This document shows, one piece after another, positions 1 to 12,181 of a stretch of DNA of 64,000 nucleotides (within the stretch, counting starts at the first letter, position 1; every line of letters starts with the position of its first letter). The notes under the pieces are model-generated. The model made no database searches and was not told where the DNA came from. It saw only the letters and a program-made list of their open reading frames with translations. Source of the stretch: Botryllus schlosseri (lineage: Eukaryota); NCBI GenBank assembly GCA_051294905.1, contig CM119371.1, forward strand, positions 21,206,001 through 21,270,000, given 5' to 3'. The translations under genes and the position numbers were made by a program.

Positions 1-1095
1 CTGTGTTTTCTCCAGGGAGTGAACTTGTGTGGTATTCATAAATGATGAAGGCTATATGGTACTAAGCACAGTGAACAGTCTTTCCGTTGGTACCGTAGTT
101 GGTAGCACAGCAAGAACTGGGAATTTATTTTGTTTCCACGACTGCAGGTTATCTTTTCTTCATTGCTTCCACCAAATATTGATATTCTTATGGCAGTGCA
201 CCTGGAGCCTTCAGAACATCATTAACAGCTGAAGAGAATGTGCAAAACAACTCAAATTGTTCACGTCAGCTCCACCCATCCCCTTGACTATGACCAGCAT
301 TTCAACAATCAGCTGATCAATTGTTTACATACTGTCAGAATTGGCCAATGTCATTATTCGTATGAATTATTGTCTCTACTCCCTTTTTGCTTCATTTTCT
401 TGTACTCTATGCCCGCATATTCCTTATCACGGAGGCCCCTCAGTCAGATGACTCCATACATTACTGGTATTTTTCGCTTTGTTGGTACCGAGCCTTGGCT
501 TGTGAGCTTCCTTTCTATACAGACACCAACATCACTATCTACAGGTAAATGTTTACACGCGACTCACCGCAGGGCGATTGCCACTGAAGTCATTGGGGCA
601 TACCGGTGAAATTATGTTTTTCGCATAGGGCTACTGGCCTGTGTGCATTGCAGCTTGGCCATTTATCTTTATAATTTACCGACATTCAGTGAAGACTTTG
701 CGTCTTCTCTGACTCCCTACGACCATGTTGTGACGTCACGAAAATGGCCGATATTTTTTTACCTCCAGTGGCCGATACCGATATTTCTCTCCAAGTGTGA
801 TATCGACTCGATATTATCGGCGAGCCGATAATCGGCCGGGCTCTAATTATGATTACAGTCGCGAAATCGCGCAGCCAATCAGAAATTGTCACTTGCGGTT
901 TCTGGCTTCGTGTTGAGTAGCTCGCATCGCGGCAATTGTTTGCAGATTAAAACAGCGATTTCGGCGGCATTGGTGCATTTCCCGGTTTACGTTCGCTAAG
1001 CATTTTTGGAGTACATTGGTGTATATGCCGCAAATAAATCTAGGAACGATATATAACGTCCTATTCGCATTTAATGTATCGACTATGGGCTAGAA

Positions 1096-1356
1096 CAGAG
1101 ATGGCCAACCTTTTTGCTATCCACGGCCGCATTTCGAATACTTGAGCAGCCTACGGCCGCATTCCTGGGCATATTAGACCCCAAATATACATATTAAACT
1201 GTCCTTGCCCATTACCGGCGAACTCCGGATTAAGATACGTTTTCATATCGGCTTATTATAGGCATCAAAATCGATGGCCGCCAGTACATACTAATTGAAT
1301 TACGTGTTGACGGCCGTGCAAATTTTCTTTCCACGACCGCAGGTTGGCCACCCCTG
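1096..1356. mobile_element. hAT-type MITE
   Basis: Ends CAGAGATGGCCAACCT and AGGTTGGCCACCCCTG; TSD GGCTAGAA/GGCTACAA (7 of 8 match). Confidence 0.8.
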
Positions 1357-4300
1357 GGCTACAATTAATTGCAGTTCCATCCACATGCCGCGATTTTATC
1401 AATTGAAATCGACTGTCTACCAAATGATCAGTACTTTAAAATTCGATATTGTTTTTCTCGAAACGAGTACGTCCAGCAATCAAGTTTATCGGAATATAGA
1501 AGGTTCCCTGTTCAAACGAATCGAATAAATTCAGAGTTTGTGCCACCCAGAATCTCGTGATGCATCAATATCTGACAATGGCATGGCATACTGCACGTTA
1601 AAAACGAAAATAATGATAAGGATGAGCTCAGTAATTCTTATACTTATTGTTAATATGACTGTTAATTTATTGACGCATCAACAAATACATGGTAAGTAAT
1701 TAACTGCCCATTTTAATCCCAAAAGCTAGTTTCCATCATTTCTCTGGTAGTGCGTTTCGATCATGAGCACAATTCATAGTGCTCGAGTTCTATGTTGTTA
1801 TTACGCCATTGTCTACCGATTGTTAGAACAATGGCTTCACTGCTGTTAGATTGGAATCTTTGAGCTTTGCTGCGGATGAAATCACCTAATTGGCCGGATG
1901 CAGCCCTTGAGCCGTTTGTTTGACAACACTGATCTATATTGTTACAACATTGACTGCTATCTGTATTCTTAGAAGAGACTTAACATTTTTATAACAATAC
2001 CTATTGGGTTTTATGGAGTATTGCGACCGCGAAAAAGTCGGTAATCGGTCGGTACAGGGGCGATGTTGTTATCACTAGAATAATCGAAACGTACCTAGAG
2101 TCAAGTCCGGTCGGCGAAGTATTGTAGGCTAGCAAATTACCCGTCTTGTTGGTTGAAGACATCTCTCTTCTACTTTGGAAAGAGCATGGGGTGTATATAC
2201 CAATTATACCAGCTGGTGCCTCACTTGCATTGAATCCGAGTAGACATCCACTCTGAAACACTGCGTGCGTACCATTAGAATCCTTTCACTGCGTTTAACA
2301 AGAACTGAGAAGACTAAAGCTAAGATTTTGCCTACAGGACGCAAGATTTGGATCTATTCATAATATGGGTTCTAAACAAATGGTGGCTTCAACTATTCCC
2401 TCAAATTAAGCCAGAATTGCGCTTCGGGGATCCCTCCGCCACAAAACATTTCTAGATTTGCTTTTCCGATAAGGGCATGGGGAGTAGCCTAATTGCGCTT
2501 TAAAACGATCGATTTATGAATAATTTTGGTCAATTCGTCATCGACTATTCTGTTCCAAAGCAACAAAATTGGTGTTCAGAGCAGATAGGTATAAATGTGT
2601 GTAAGCCATGATTTCGCATTTATCATCACACAGAACGCATCACTACCTCTGAGCCAATACAAATTTTCACTGCGATTCAAGTCATTCTGATGTTCCGGTT
2701 TTCCAGTCAAGTCACTAGCATAGGGACACAAATTTTAAGTGACTCCAGTCAAGTCAAGCCATCCGTATTATTCCTATTTAGAAATACATATTAATTGAAT
2801 AGTATATCGAAATAAATCCGGATATTTTCAACTGAAACTCGTCAGGGGGGGGGTAATCGTCAGCAACACGTTGATAATGAAAATGACATTCTATATCCAG
2901 GGTGTCGAACATACAGCCCGCGGGCCATCTCTTGCCGGCCAAACGATTTCATCCGGTCCACGAAGACCTTTTTAAGTAAAGTAAGATAATTGTTACATGC
3001 TTATATCTTTCAGAAAACATGTTACAAACATTTGGGATTTTTTAAAGGACATAATTTTAATAAATATTCCCTCAAGAGCAAGACAGCAAATGCCGAGCAT
3101 GTCAATAGGAGGTCACATTATTACCACCCGACTGCGGGGTTGTGGTTTTACCGCAGTTACCTTTAAGAACAAGCCCGTGACATTATGACACTCAATTACG
3201 AGAGGGCACGCACTGTTTTCAGTTGGAAATCGGCGTATATATCCAAAACACGCTCTAACGAGTTATGAGGTCCATGTCTCTTTTGTTTTTCATTGCATTT
3301 TTGAAAATCTTTAGATAAATGTGTACCAGTTCCACTGCGAATAGAGATCTACACACAATAATTATATTTATGTTGATTGCTAATAACTCATCACCGTGTT
3401 GATAAAATGGTGCAGTTTTATGCTCAGATGGCTTGAGGGTTAATATTACTAGTCTTGTTTTACATGACCCTGGAGCATGCTCCACCCGATCACAAATATT
3501 CCGCTGAAATTTCGCCAGGATGACTACAGGTTATATCGTCGTTTGCGCCACTGTCTCAACTGTTGATATAGGCATTCAACCAGCCAATTATCGTATTTTT
3601 GCCAATTCCATTGTTTGAAAATAAAGGTGTTGCTACTTGATAGAATGAAGCCCCTATTATACGTGATGCTATTTAATACACTGATATATGCTTGATAATA
3701 TACTGTTCATACATTTAAAAAACTTCTGTTTAAATTTTGCAAAAACGTGGTTATATTATGTCGTGTGCGTCAAAACATTTGGCCTGCCATGAAAAATCAT
3801 CTCGTGGGTCACAAATGTCCTTCCTTGAAAGATTGTTTCCATCACACCACAGCCCAGTCGTTTGTTACAATCATTAGGAAGAAATTGGGCGTAATTAGTA
3901 AATCAGGACACGGCGATGGAATGGATGCAGGATTTACAACGTTGTGTCCAACGAAATAAGACTGCCGACATATTTATGTCAGAGAAAGTCGGCGAACGGG
4001 GTGACGATTGAAATCTGGCACTCAGATTCGGAGTATTCGGAAGAGCCGGTAAATCAGACGGTCGACAATGTTGCGAATTCGCACGATTTGGAAGGATTGC
4101 GTATAACGTTTCGTTAGGCACGCCGAAGGAATCATCCTTGTACGTTGGAAATCCAGTATTACAAGGTATATCCACGGTTGAAACTATGTGTTATCATTGA
4201 TGATGATTTCGCTTGTAGTGTTTTGATGTGCCCGAAATAACTGGTGCTACTCCATCAACTACAAATGATATGTATAATGTCTAACTGCTCGATTATTGTA

Positions 4301-4789
4301 GGACTAATCGAATTATCCAGCCTCATTGATAGCAAATAGTGCTCGTGTCTGAAATAATGGAATTCGCTAGGTATATAATTGAATTTAGATCCAACGACTC
4401 GTTTGCAACTTATACTGAAAGGTTGTCAAAGTAGTCGTTGAAGCCACAACTTCAATGTGAATATATGCGGGTTTTGTTTCTGCAATCATAAAACTTGGCT
4501 GATGTCGAATTCATGAACTAAATTTTGTTGTATTGGTCGCGGCAACTTCTCTGTACGTTGGTAAAGTAACTTTGTCACGCAAGCTATTATTAGATATACC
4601 TGAATATGGAATCAACACAGAATTTTACCTTTCAAGTAGCGATGACGGGGGCATAAGATATAGCAGAAGGATTTCGTGGTTAATCGAAGATGGCATCCTA
4701 AATATACCCCGGACGGAGATAGCCGCCAAGTTTGCGGTCAATTCTTTGCTGAAGCAACCGGAGTAGTAGATATAGGCCGATTATAGCCA

Positions 4790-4868
4790 CCAATGAGATT
4801 ACGCCACGTGTCCAGCCACGCCCACTTTCAAATTTAAATTTTCCCGCGTATTGTTTTTATTTTCCCGC
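4790..4868. promoter_or_regulatory. Terminal cluster of transcription-factor-like motifs (mirrored at the right end)
   Basis: CCAAT 4790-4794, CACGTG 4805-4810, CCACGCCC 4816-4823, TTCAAA (CHR reverse) 4827-4832, E2F-type TTTCCCGC at 4840-4847 and 4861-4868. Confidence 0.4.
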
Positions 4869-4949
4869 GTTTTTTTTTTATTTTAATTTTGGATTATGAG
4901 AACGGTTACTCGCCGACAGTTGAACCGAGGACCTCACGACTCACATATG

Positions 4950-5152
4950 AAAACACGCCTTCTCCTGGAATCGAACCGAGAACCTCATGCCTTATATACC
5001 GCAACTGTAACCATTACACTACCGCGCTCGCTGAGAATATGCGTATGTATTGAACCTTTAACCCCGAATGAAAACGGCTCCTCTCCCTGATCCGAACCGA
5101 GGACCTTATGACTTGTAGAACAGAACCGTAACCATTACACTATCGCGCTCGC
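4950..5152 (-). ncRNA. Left-arm mirror of the two tRNA-like Pol III units (5152-5071 and 5031-4950)
   Basis: Reverse complement of 22120-22322. Confidence 0.55.
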
Positions 5153-5585
5153 TGACAATCTCCTTTAGTATTGAAGCTTTTAAAAAAAGGTTGTCTAATA
5201 AGGCACAAGCATTGAAAACACATTTGTTATTTGTGCGACAATCACCATATATTTTTCGGGATATCCACATGATAATGGTCCCTATTGACCTCAGAAAAGG
5301 ATTCAGGTCCATTTTCCGGCCTCAAGAAAGCTACCATTAAATTAGAGATGACTACCGTACGCTTCCGAGCCCGCGCTCTCAATTGTAAGGCTAGGCGACG
5401 AGTGTACCAGTACCATTACAGACGTACAACGAACGATCAATGTAAGTGGATCTGTAAATCATGAGCAATAATAAGCGACGAGTGTGCCATCAACATTATA
5501 GACGTACAAACGAGCATATTCAACTAGCATTGATGCTTTATCGATTTAGCGCGGTATGTGTAGCTGGATGCTAACCAATTCGCAT

Positions 5586-6017
5586 TTAACAATGCGACCC
5601 GCGCACAATTATGTAGCCCGATTTTCGTTGAATATTGACGACCCCAATAAATCGAATGAGCTCTTTTCCGCAGACATCTATGACACAGCTGTCAGTCCAG
5701 TGGACACGAACTTGAGATTCCGTGGGGTTAAATTCCGCATCAAATAAGATCAGAGCGCCTTTTCTCGCTTTCAGGATTTGGACTGATGCGTCCGGCCAAT
5801 GTCGCAACACTACAATATGTGGTAACACGAACCTGTGCTCACGTACAGTTGTTATTTGTAGTGTCATCGTCGCCCGCCAATGCGATAAACTCCCAACGGC
5901 TGACACATTGGTCTTCAATCTAATACCAGCATATTTTTTGTAGGTCGAGAACAAGGGTAATTTAATTGCAACTAAAATGCCTGCGGCTTGTTTTGGCTCA
6001 AGGGTCGAATGCAACAT
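5586..6017 (-). CDS. Intronless 143-aa hypothetical protein near the element end (possible degenerate dUTPase-like fold)
   Basis: ATG-started ORF in a GC-richer subterminal zone with a beta-rich composition; identical protein in the other arm. Confidence 0.45.
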   Translation of the reverse strand: MLHSTLEPKQAAGILVAIKLPLFSTYKKYAGIRLKTNVSAVGSLSHWRATMTLQITTVREHRFVLPHIVVLRHWPDASVQILKARKGALILFDAEFNPTESQVRVHWTDSCVIDVCGKELIRFIGVVNIQRKSGYIIVRGSHC

Positions 6018-7890
6018 ATGAATCCATTCGCGTTACGCACTATAGCCTATTTAGGATGATGAGCCAAAACGCGTAGGCGAGGACATGGAGATAATAACTA
6101 GCCTATATATTTAGAACAAATCAAGCATTGATTTCACGATAACGTATTCGTTATAACGTCATAAAAATTTAGCGAGTTTTATAAGCTGCTTATCCTCAAT
6201 AACCAATTTGCGGAAATTAGTGAAGAAGTGGATTGTACAGATTCTTAGAACTGCACGACAATCTGGTTATAGATTTGCTGATGCTACCTGCTGCCAGCAT
6301 CATAACCAAGCAACCTTTACCTACCCGTCAGCTAATGTCTTACTATGTAAAACATGCATTCTGCACGTTCTTCCGTGTAGACGAACGTAATTTACCGATG
6401 TCCTAAATATTCAATTAATTCGGTTACTTTGTGTGGCAGCTCATAATTTGAAATCAGCAACGACTTCATTACATTACAAGTCTTACAGTTTTCGTTACTT
6501 CTTGCTCGTTTCTTTACTGCAAAAAGCGTTTATATTCAACTCGTCGCATTTTAGATTGCTTCGAGTCGTGGCGGTAGTTATGAATAAGTTAATATTGTGC
6601 CTACTGCCCAGTGCACCTATAGATGCGGAATCTACTTAACACGCGCATGGATCGCTTATTTCAAATAAATCGCATAAAGTAATAAACGTGCTGGAGTTGT
6701 CAATCTAAAATCACATTCATGACACGAAATGAGTCATCGCCATTTTGAATTTATGATATGTTTATAAACTACATTTGAAAATGCGTGGGCCCCGAAGTCA
6801 GGTTATTGCAACAGCTATAAAAAAAAGTAACATAGTGAGTTTAATTAGGTCGATAAAATATTATATATTTTTCGATTACATTTCATCCATATCTACAAAT
6901 ATATCTTGATGCTATCGTGAGCCACTAAAATGTTCTCCGCATGCGATCCGCTAACCGTAGTTTGCTCATCCCTGGTTTTAATCGTAATCTTTCGAGTAAG
7001 TTCTGTTGGTAGGCAAGCCCTACCAGAATATATTTTGATAAAGGCAAGAGTAAATCGTTATCGAGCACCTTTCGTTATCAACTTCTTCAGTAACTCAAAA
7101 TCGGTGACCGATCGCGACCTCTCGGAATAAATGAACAACTGGCAATATGAACAGGACATGAAGCTACGATGTCCGATAATTCTTTTCAATTAAAGTAGAA
7201 GTATAGCCATTTCCGACCGAGTAAAACGTTACTCGGCATTGCGCTCTCGATAGTAGTGAGAAATGATATTCGTTTACTTTCGATAATATCCAACATACGG
7301 ACTCATGTCGAGGGCAATTTTTAGAACTCTAATATCGCATAGCCTAACTTTGCAATATTTTTCGATTTATTTAGTCATGTTTTCCTTGCGATAGCCATTC
7401 AGCATCGCGAAAATTCATAGTACAATTTAGAATAAACTGCTAACTTTATCAAGGTCTTTGAAAAGTACTTTTCAACATTTAACTATCATAACATAGTAAA
7501 CTTCTACTCAAGTACGAGAAGTAGCGATTGTAAGGTGATTAGAAAATAAGTATTACGGGCCCAGTTTTGTCTAAAACCTAAATCGCAACACGTTATCTGA
7601 TCCATTCCGAATGACGAGATTAAATATCCCTGAAAAATGAATAATATTCATAATATTCACATTGCTATACATAAAATTTGCTCTGACATTGCCCATAGTG
7701 ACCATTTAGAATTGGATAGTAAAGGAGTCGAAATTTCTTCGATGCGCCTAGTGCACTAATTCGAGTGCTGAAATCCGAATCGAAAAATTTGTTATAATGA
7801 TTCGAGTCGAGTAGTAAAATTTAATTAGCGAGCACTGAAATTACAGTAATATAGTTATCACCGATACGAAATTTGGTAGCCATTTCCCCG

Positions 7891-8320
7891 GAATAGTAAT
7901 CAGTCCGAAACATTATGATAAATAGATAAGGTTGAAGAAATATAAAAATATCATCAATGGTGTATGTATTATGAAACTGGAAATATTGTATTTGCGGTAG
8001 CACGCAATTGGTTTCCAATTCGTAATTTCAACCGCATCGGCAGTTTTTTCATAAAAATAACTAAACAAATACTTTGATACTAATTTCAAAATAACGCAAA
8101 TCTCTTAATGAATGTCCCTTGAATAGTAATCAATCCAAAACATTATCATGCAAGGTCCGAGAAACATAAAAATATCATTAATGTGGTATGCATTGTGAAA
8201 CAGGCAATATTTTCTTTGCGGTGACCAGGGAATACGTTCTAATTCGTAATTTCAACCCCATCATCATTCTCTCATAATAATGAATTAGCAAATCCTTGGA
8301 TCCTAATTTTCAAAGTAGCT
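7891..8320. repeat. Diverged tandem duplication (~230-bp unit) just upstream of the Bcl-2 ORF
   Basis: GAATAGTAATCA..CC.AAACATTAT at 7891 and 8121; both units share AAAATATCAT, TTTGCGGT and AATTCGTAATTTCAACC blocks. Confidence 0.75.
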
Positions 8321-8362
8321 TAGATATCTGAATGAGCTCTGACTCGCTGTTATCTTCACACC

Positions 8363-9277
8363 ATGGAATTATTACGAGTATCACCATCGCTCACTGAAGA
8401 AAGGGATGAAATTTTATCCGGGGCATATTCCTTGGCCAGGAATTTTATCATGTACGAACTAGACGGGCCGAGCGTTAAAGCAAATACGAAAGCGGAGGCA
8501 ACCTTACGGCGAGTTAGTGATGAAATGTTCGAGCGACATCGAACTGTCGTAAACGCAATCTCTAAACGTCTCCGATACAGTATTGTTGAAGTCGACGAAA
8601 AATATGAAGAATATTCTGCGGAAGAGCGGATGTTCCTGATGATAGCTGACGAAATTTTTAAAGATACCCAAGAGAATTGGGGTCGGATCGTATCTGTGTT
8701 CGTGCTCGGTAGCATTCTTGCTCGCAAAAACGAGGATGAGCATCACGGTGATAATATAGAAGGTATCATACAGTCAGTCGGGAATTACATTGGTAGTAGA
8801 AGGCGAAAGTGGATAGCGGAAAATGGAGGATGGGTAAGCGATTTTACATGGCCTGATAAGGATTTGGCAATTATCATTTAGCTTGAGGTACTGTGTATCT
8901 GCTCTCGAGAGTCCATACCACCTATCGATAATGAAACTTAGCTTGCACTTCACAATTCGGTTTTCAATTTACATTTTGTCATAAGGCACAGTACTTTACA
9001 TTCCAAGCGCTGCGAACTTTGAATTACCTAGCAAGTACGGTAACTTTCCTCTGCAAGATTAGGAAGGCTTACATTCTTTTGTTTGTTTCAGGACAGTTTT
9101 GTAGGATTTTTTGATAACGCAGCTTTCGATGATAGTAAAGTTTGGAAGAGGCTCATGCTTGTTGGAATTGGACTGACGTCTATTGCAATGGCAATAACAA
9201 GATCATGGATAGTCCTTTGCCGTACATCATGTAATGTTTTTTTAAATAATATATTTCTTCACCGTTTAATTACATAA
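8363..9277 (+). CDS. Bcl-2 family protein, Mcl-1/A1-like, intact copy; 2 exons (8363-8833, 9092-9277), 218 aa
   Basis: BH3-like EATLRRVSDEM, BH1 ENWGRIVSVFVLG, BH2 WIAENGGW|DSFVGFF split by a phase-0 GT-AG intron at the typical Bcl-2 position, and a C-terminal hydrophobic anchor LMLVGIGLTSIAMAI. Confidence 0.93.
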
Positions 9278-9461
9278 ATTTTACTGTAGGACGGATGCAG
9301 TTTCTTCTGAGATTACATTAAAGATTGCTCCATAAAACCGTCTTTATCTGGAACATTTTCATTTTTCAAATTTATACAGCTACGTAAGGAAATTGCTAGG
9401 TTACCTAGAAAACGCCGCAGGTCAAATTTGATCCAATTCCGACCATAGTAGCGACAAGGAG

Positions 9462-12181
9462 TTATGACAGCTCAAAATGATCCATCTTTCGAAGCCAAAT
9501 ATCGTTGGTTCTCCACGACCAAATATCGTGTTCTATAAATATTGTGTATATGGAACAGATATAAATGTTGCTATTTTGTTGTTATTTGCGAAGAATACTT
9601 TGCTCAGTAATTAATTTCACGGGGATTCTAAACCTCAATACATACAAGTGAGCAAAGTTACATTAACCTGCGTTAACCTGTAGTGTTATGTAACTACCTA
9701 CAATTCTATCAAGACGTAGCGAACACGACAAGTAATATGGAGTGAAGGAATAAGGGCGCGAAATTCCAATGTATAGATGCATATTTAGGCGGAAATATCG
9801 TCTTACCGGACGAATGCAATTGTTTCCTTAAAGTTTTCCTGTCTACGCCATTCAAGCGCGGTAAGATCAGTTTGAGTTGGCGACATTCAGGATGATATTT
9901 CAAGAAGCTCTGAATGATAGTCACATATTTCTCGTCGATTCTTGTTCTATCGCTGTCACTGAGGTCGAATACCTTTAGCTGTTCATTGAATAATTGAATA
10001 TTAGGAGGTTTAGGTCAATTTCATAAACGAAATCTGAACTAAATTGCTTTATTGAGAACCATGAGAGAGCAGAAAGAACTTACTGTAGTGCATCGCTTGC
10101 CCATCTCTTCACTAAGATTCCTGATTTGCATGGAAAGCATCTTGCAATTACTCAGGTTGAATTCTTCAACGCGGGTTTTGTGCAGGATTTCAGTTACTGT
10201 TTTGTAGCAGGAGGAAATGTCGGGATTTCTACTCAAATCCAGCGAATGCAACTAAAACACAGTGTGATGTTCAGATATTTTACGACGCTACAAACCACTC
10301 AGTTGCTGTAATAATAATATTTATCGACGACAGAGCAATATTATCAATTTCTCCGCCTCATCGCAAAACTGGTGTAATACAGAAAATAATGAACGTCTAT
10401 AGGATATCGAAGAAACGGCGGAAACTAGCATTAATATGAATGAGCGATGGAAAATCTTTCACTCATAAGCAAGGACACTTTCATCAGCAGACGTGATCAG
10501 GAATGCCTTATTGATGATAAATTCGCTCGCTAAATGCAATGCCATGCCTGACGTTGCTTGGAACTCGCATTAGTTGCAAACTATGCTTGATTATTTCACT
10601 AGTAAGAAAACAAAACAGATCTAGCTAAAATGGATCACCTCATGATTACCGAGACCATTGTTCAACGACGTTAATGAATGTTCATCCAATTCGCAAGCTG
10701 AAAGTCGAACTGCCTTCGTGTTATGCCTTTTCGCGAAACGTCCGATTTCTTGCAATCCTACCGGTTCCAAATCCGTATTGTAACTTAGATCGAGTTTATC
10801 AACCTACAAAATACAGCAAATTATTCTGAAAACGACACACAAAATTGCGGAAACGAGTGGCTACCTCGATTTCACCAAAACATTCAAAAGCATGAATTTC
10901 CTCCGGTGTGAGGTCGCATCCTTTCATCACAAGAGTAACCGCTCTGTCTTTACAAAATAAGGGCGGCAGTGCAGCCATACACTCTTCATCCAGACGATTA
11001 TAACTGATGTCGAGATATTGGAGCTAAACGAATATGGGAAACTGACAACCTACGACCAGAATTAATCGGGGATGAAGACAAACATTACAAACTTATAACA
11101 GAGAAATGTTGATTAGCCAGTCACGTCATAATAGATTGGCGAAATGTTCTGAGATTAAAATAGAATTTCTGTGATTCGTCTCAAATGGACTCTTTGCAAG
11201 CAGTCATAAAGAATGTGACTATTGACTACTACTGAACAACAATCACTCAAGACAAGATCCATATACCTTACTGTTTTTGACCTGCATGGCGACGAAATCC
11301 TTAGACTGCAAGTGCGAGTTCACAAGTGACAATTAGGTTAGATCGCTTGAAATAATAGTCCCGAGTTGCGTAAAGTTGATGTTTTCTCCGTAGCTGAGAT
11401 CGAGTTTTTGCAATTTAACCTATGGGAATGAGGTAATAAAAGTCTCATATCGAAAGGATTTATACTAGATTAGTGTCCGGATATTTTCATCGCCAATACC
11501 TGATGCTGTCTGATAAGTTGACTCAAAACGATCAGAAAATCGTTAGATCCGCTACTTTCTTCCAGGTTAAGTTCCGTCGAGCCACACTTCTTCATCAACT
11601 CGCAGATGGCTGGCAGGAGTTTGTCAATGCCATCGTGGGCTGTGACGCTGACTTTTTTTATTTGGACCTGGACGAGTGCAAAACTTTCCCCCATAAAACA
11701 GTAATTGAGGTGATGAATAATTAAACCCTCATCAACTCTCACTAGTCTAGTATGACTATTGCGATAAATGGCTACACCGGTGCGCGATTGAGCATTGTTC
11801 GGTACGATACCTTCAATTCACGCGTAGTAACAATATTAATATGAAACAATGCGGTCATGATGAAGGTTTTTTTTAAAGCCCGCTATGTATATTATACGGA
11901 TAAACATGCTTAAATTGAACGTGGGTTTATAATGCTCAGTGACTGTGAGCGGTATGTGTAAATGTGTTTACCTCAAATTCAAATTCGCGAATTTGGTCCA
12001 ATATCATCTTTACAAGGTTTTCATTGAGATGGCATTGGCGGAATTCTAACTCGTACATGCGAGATTTCTCCATGAGACCATTCACGATATTCTTTACATC
12101 CAATTCAGTCGTAGTTTTATGATAGATCCCACAAGGAATTTCAACTTCATCATGATCCATAAGTATTGATTGATGGTACAT
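9462..12181 (-). pseudogene. Mirror copy of the LRR gene with a premature stop
   Basis: Exons mirror the right-arm gene (12181-11972, 11667-11500, 11419-11267, 11023-10865, 10803-10639, 10251-10084, 9978-9807, 9532-9462). Codon TAT at 14738-14740 is TAA at 11335-11333. Confidence 0.8.

Noticed and set aside
8356..8746. Antisense ORFs (123 aa and 80 aa) over Bcl-2
   Set aside because: Shadow frames of the real coding exon.
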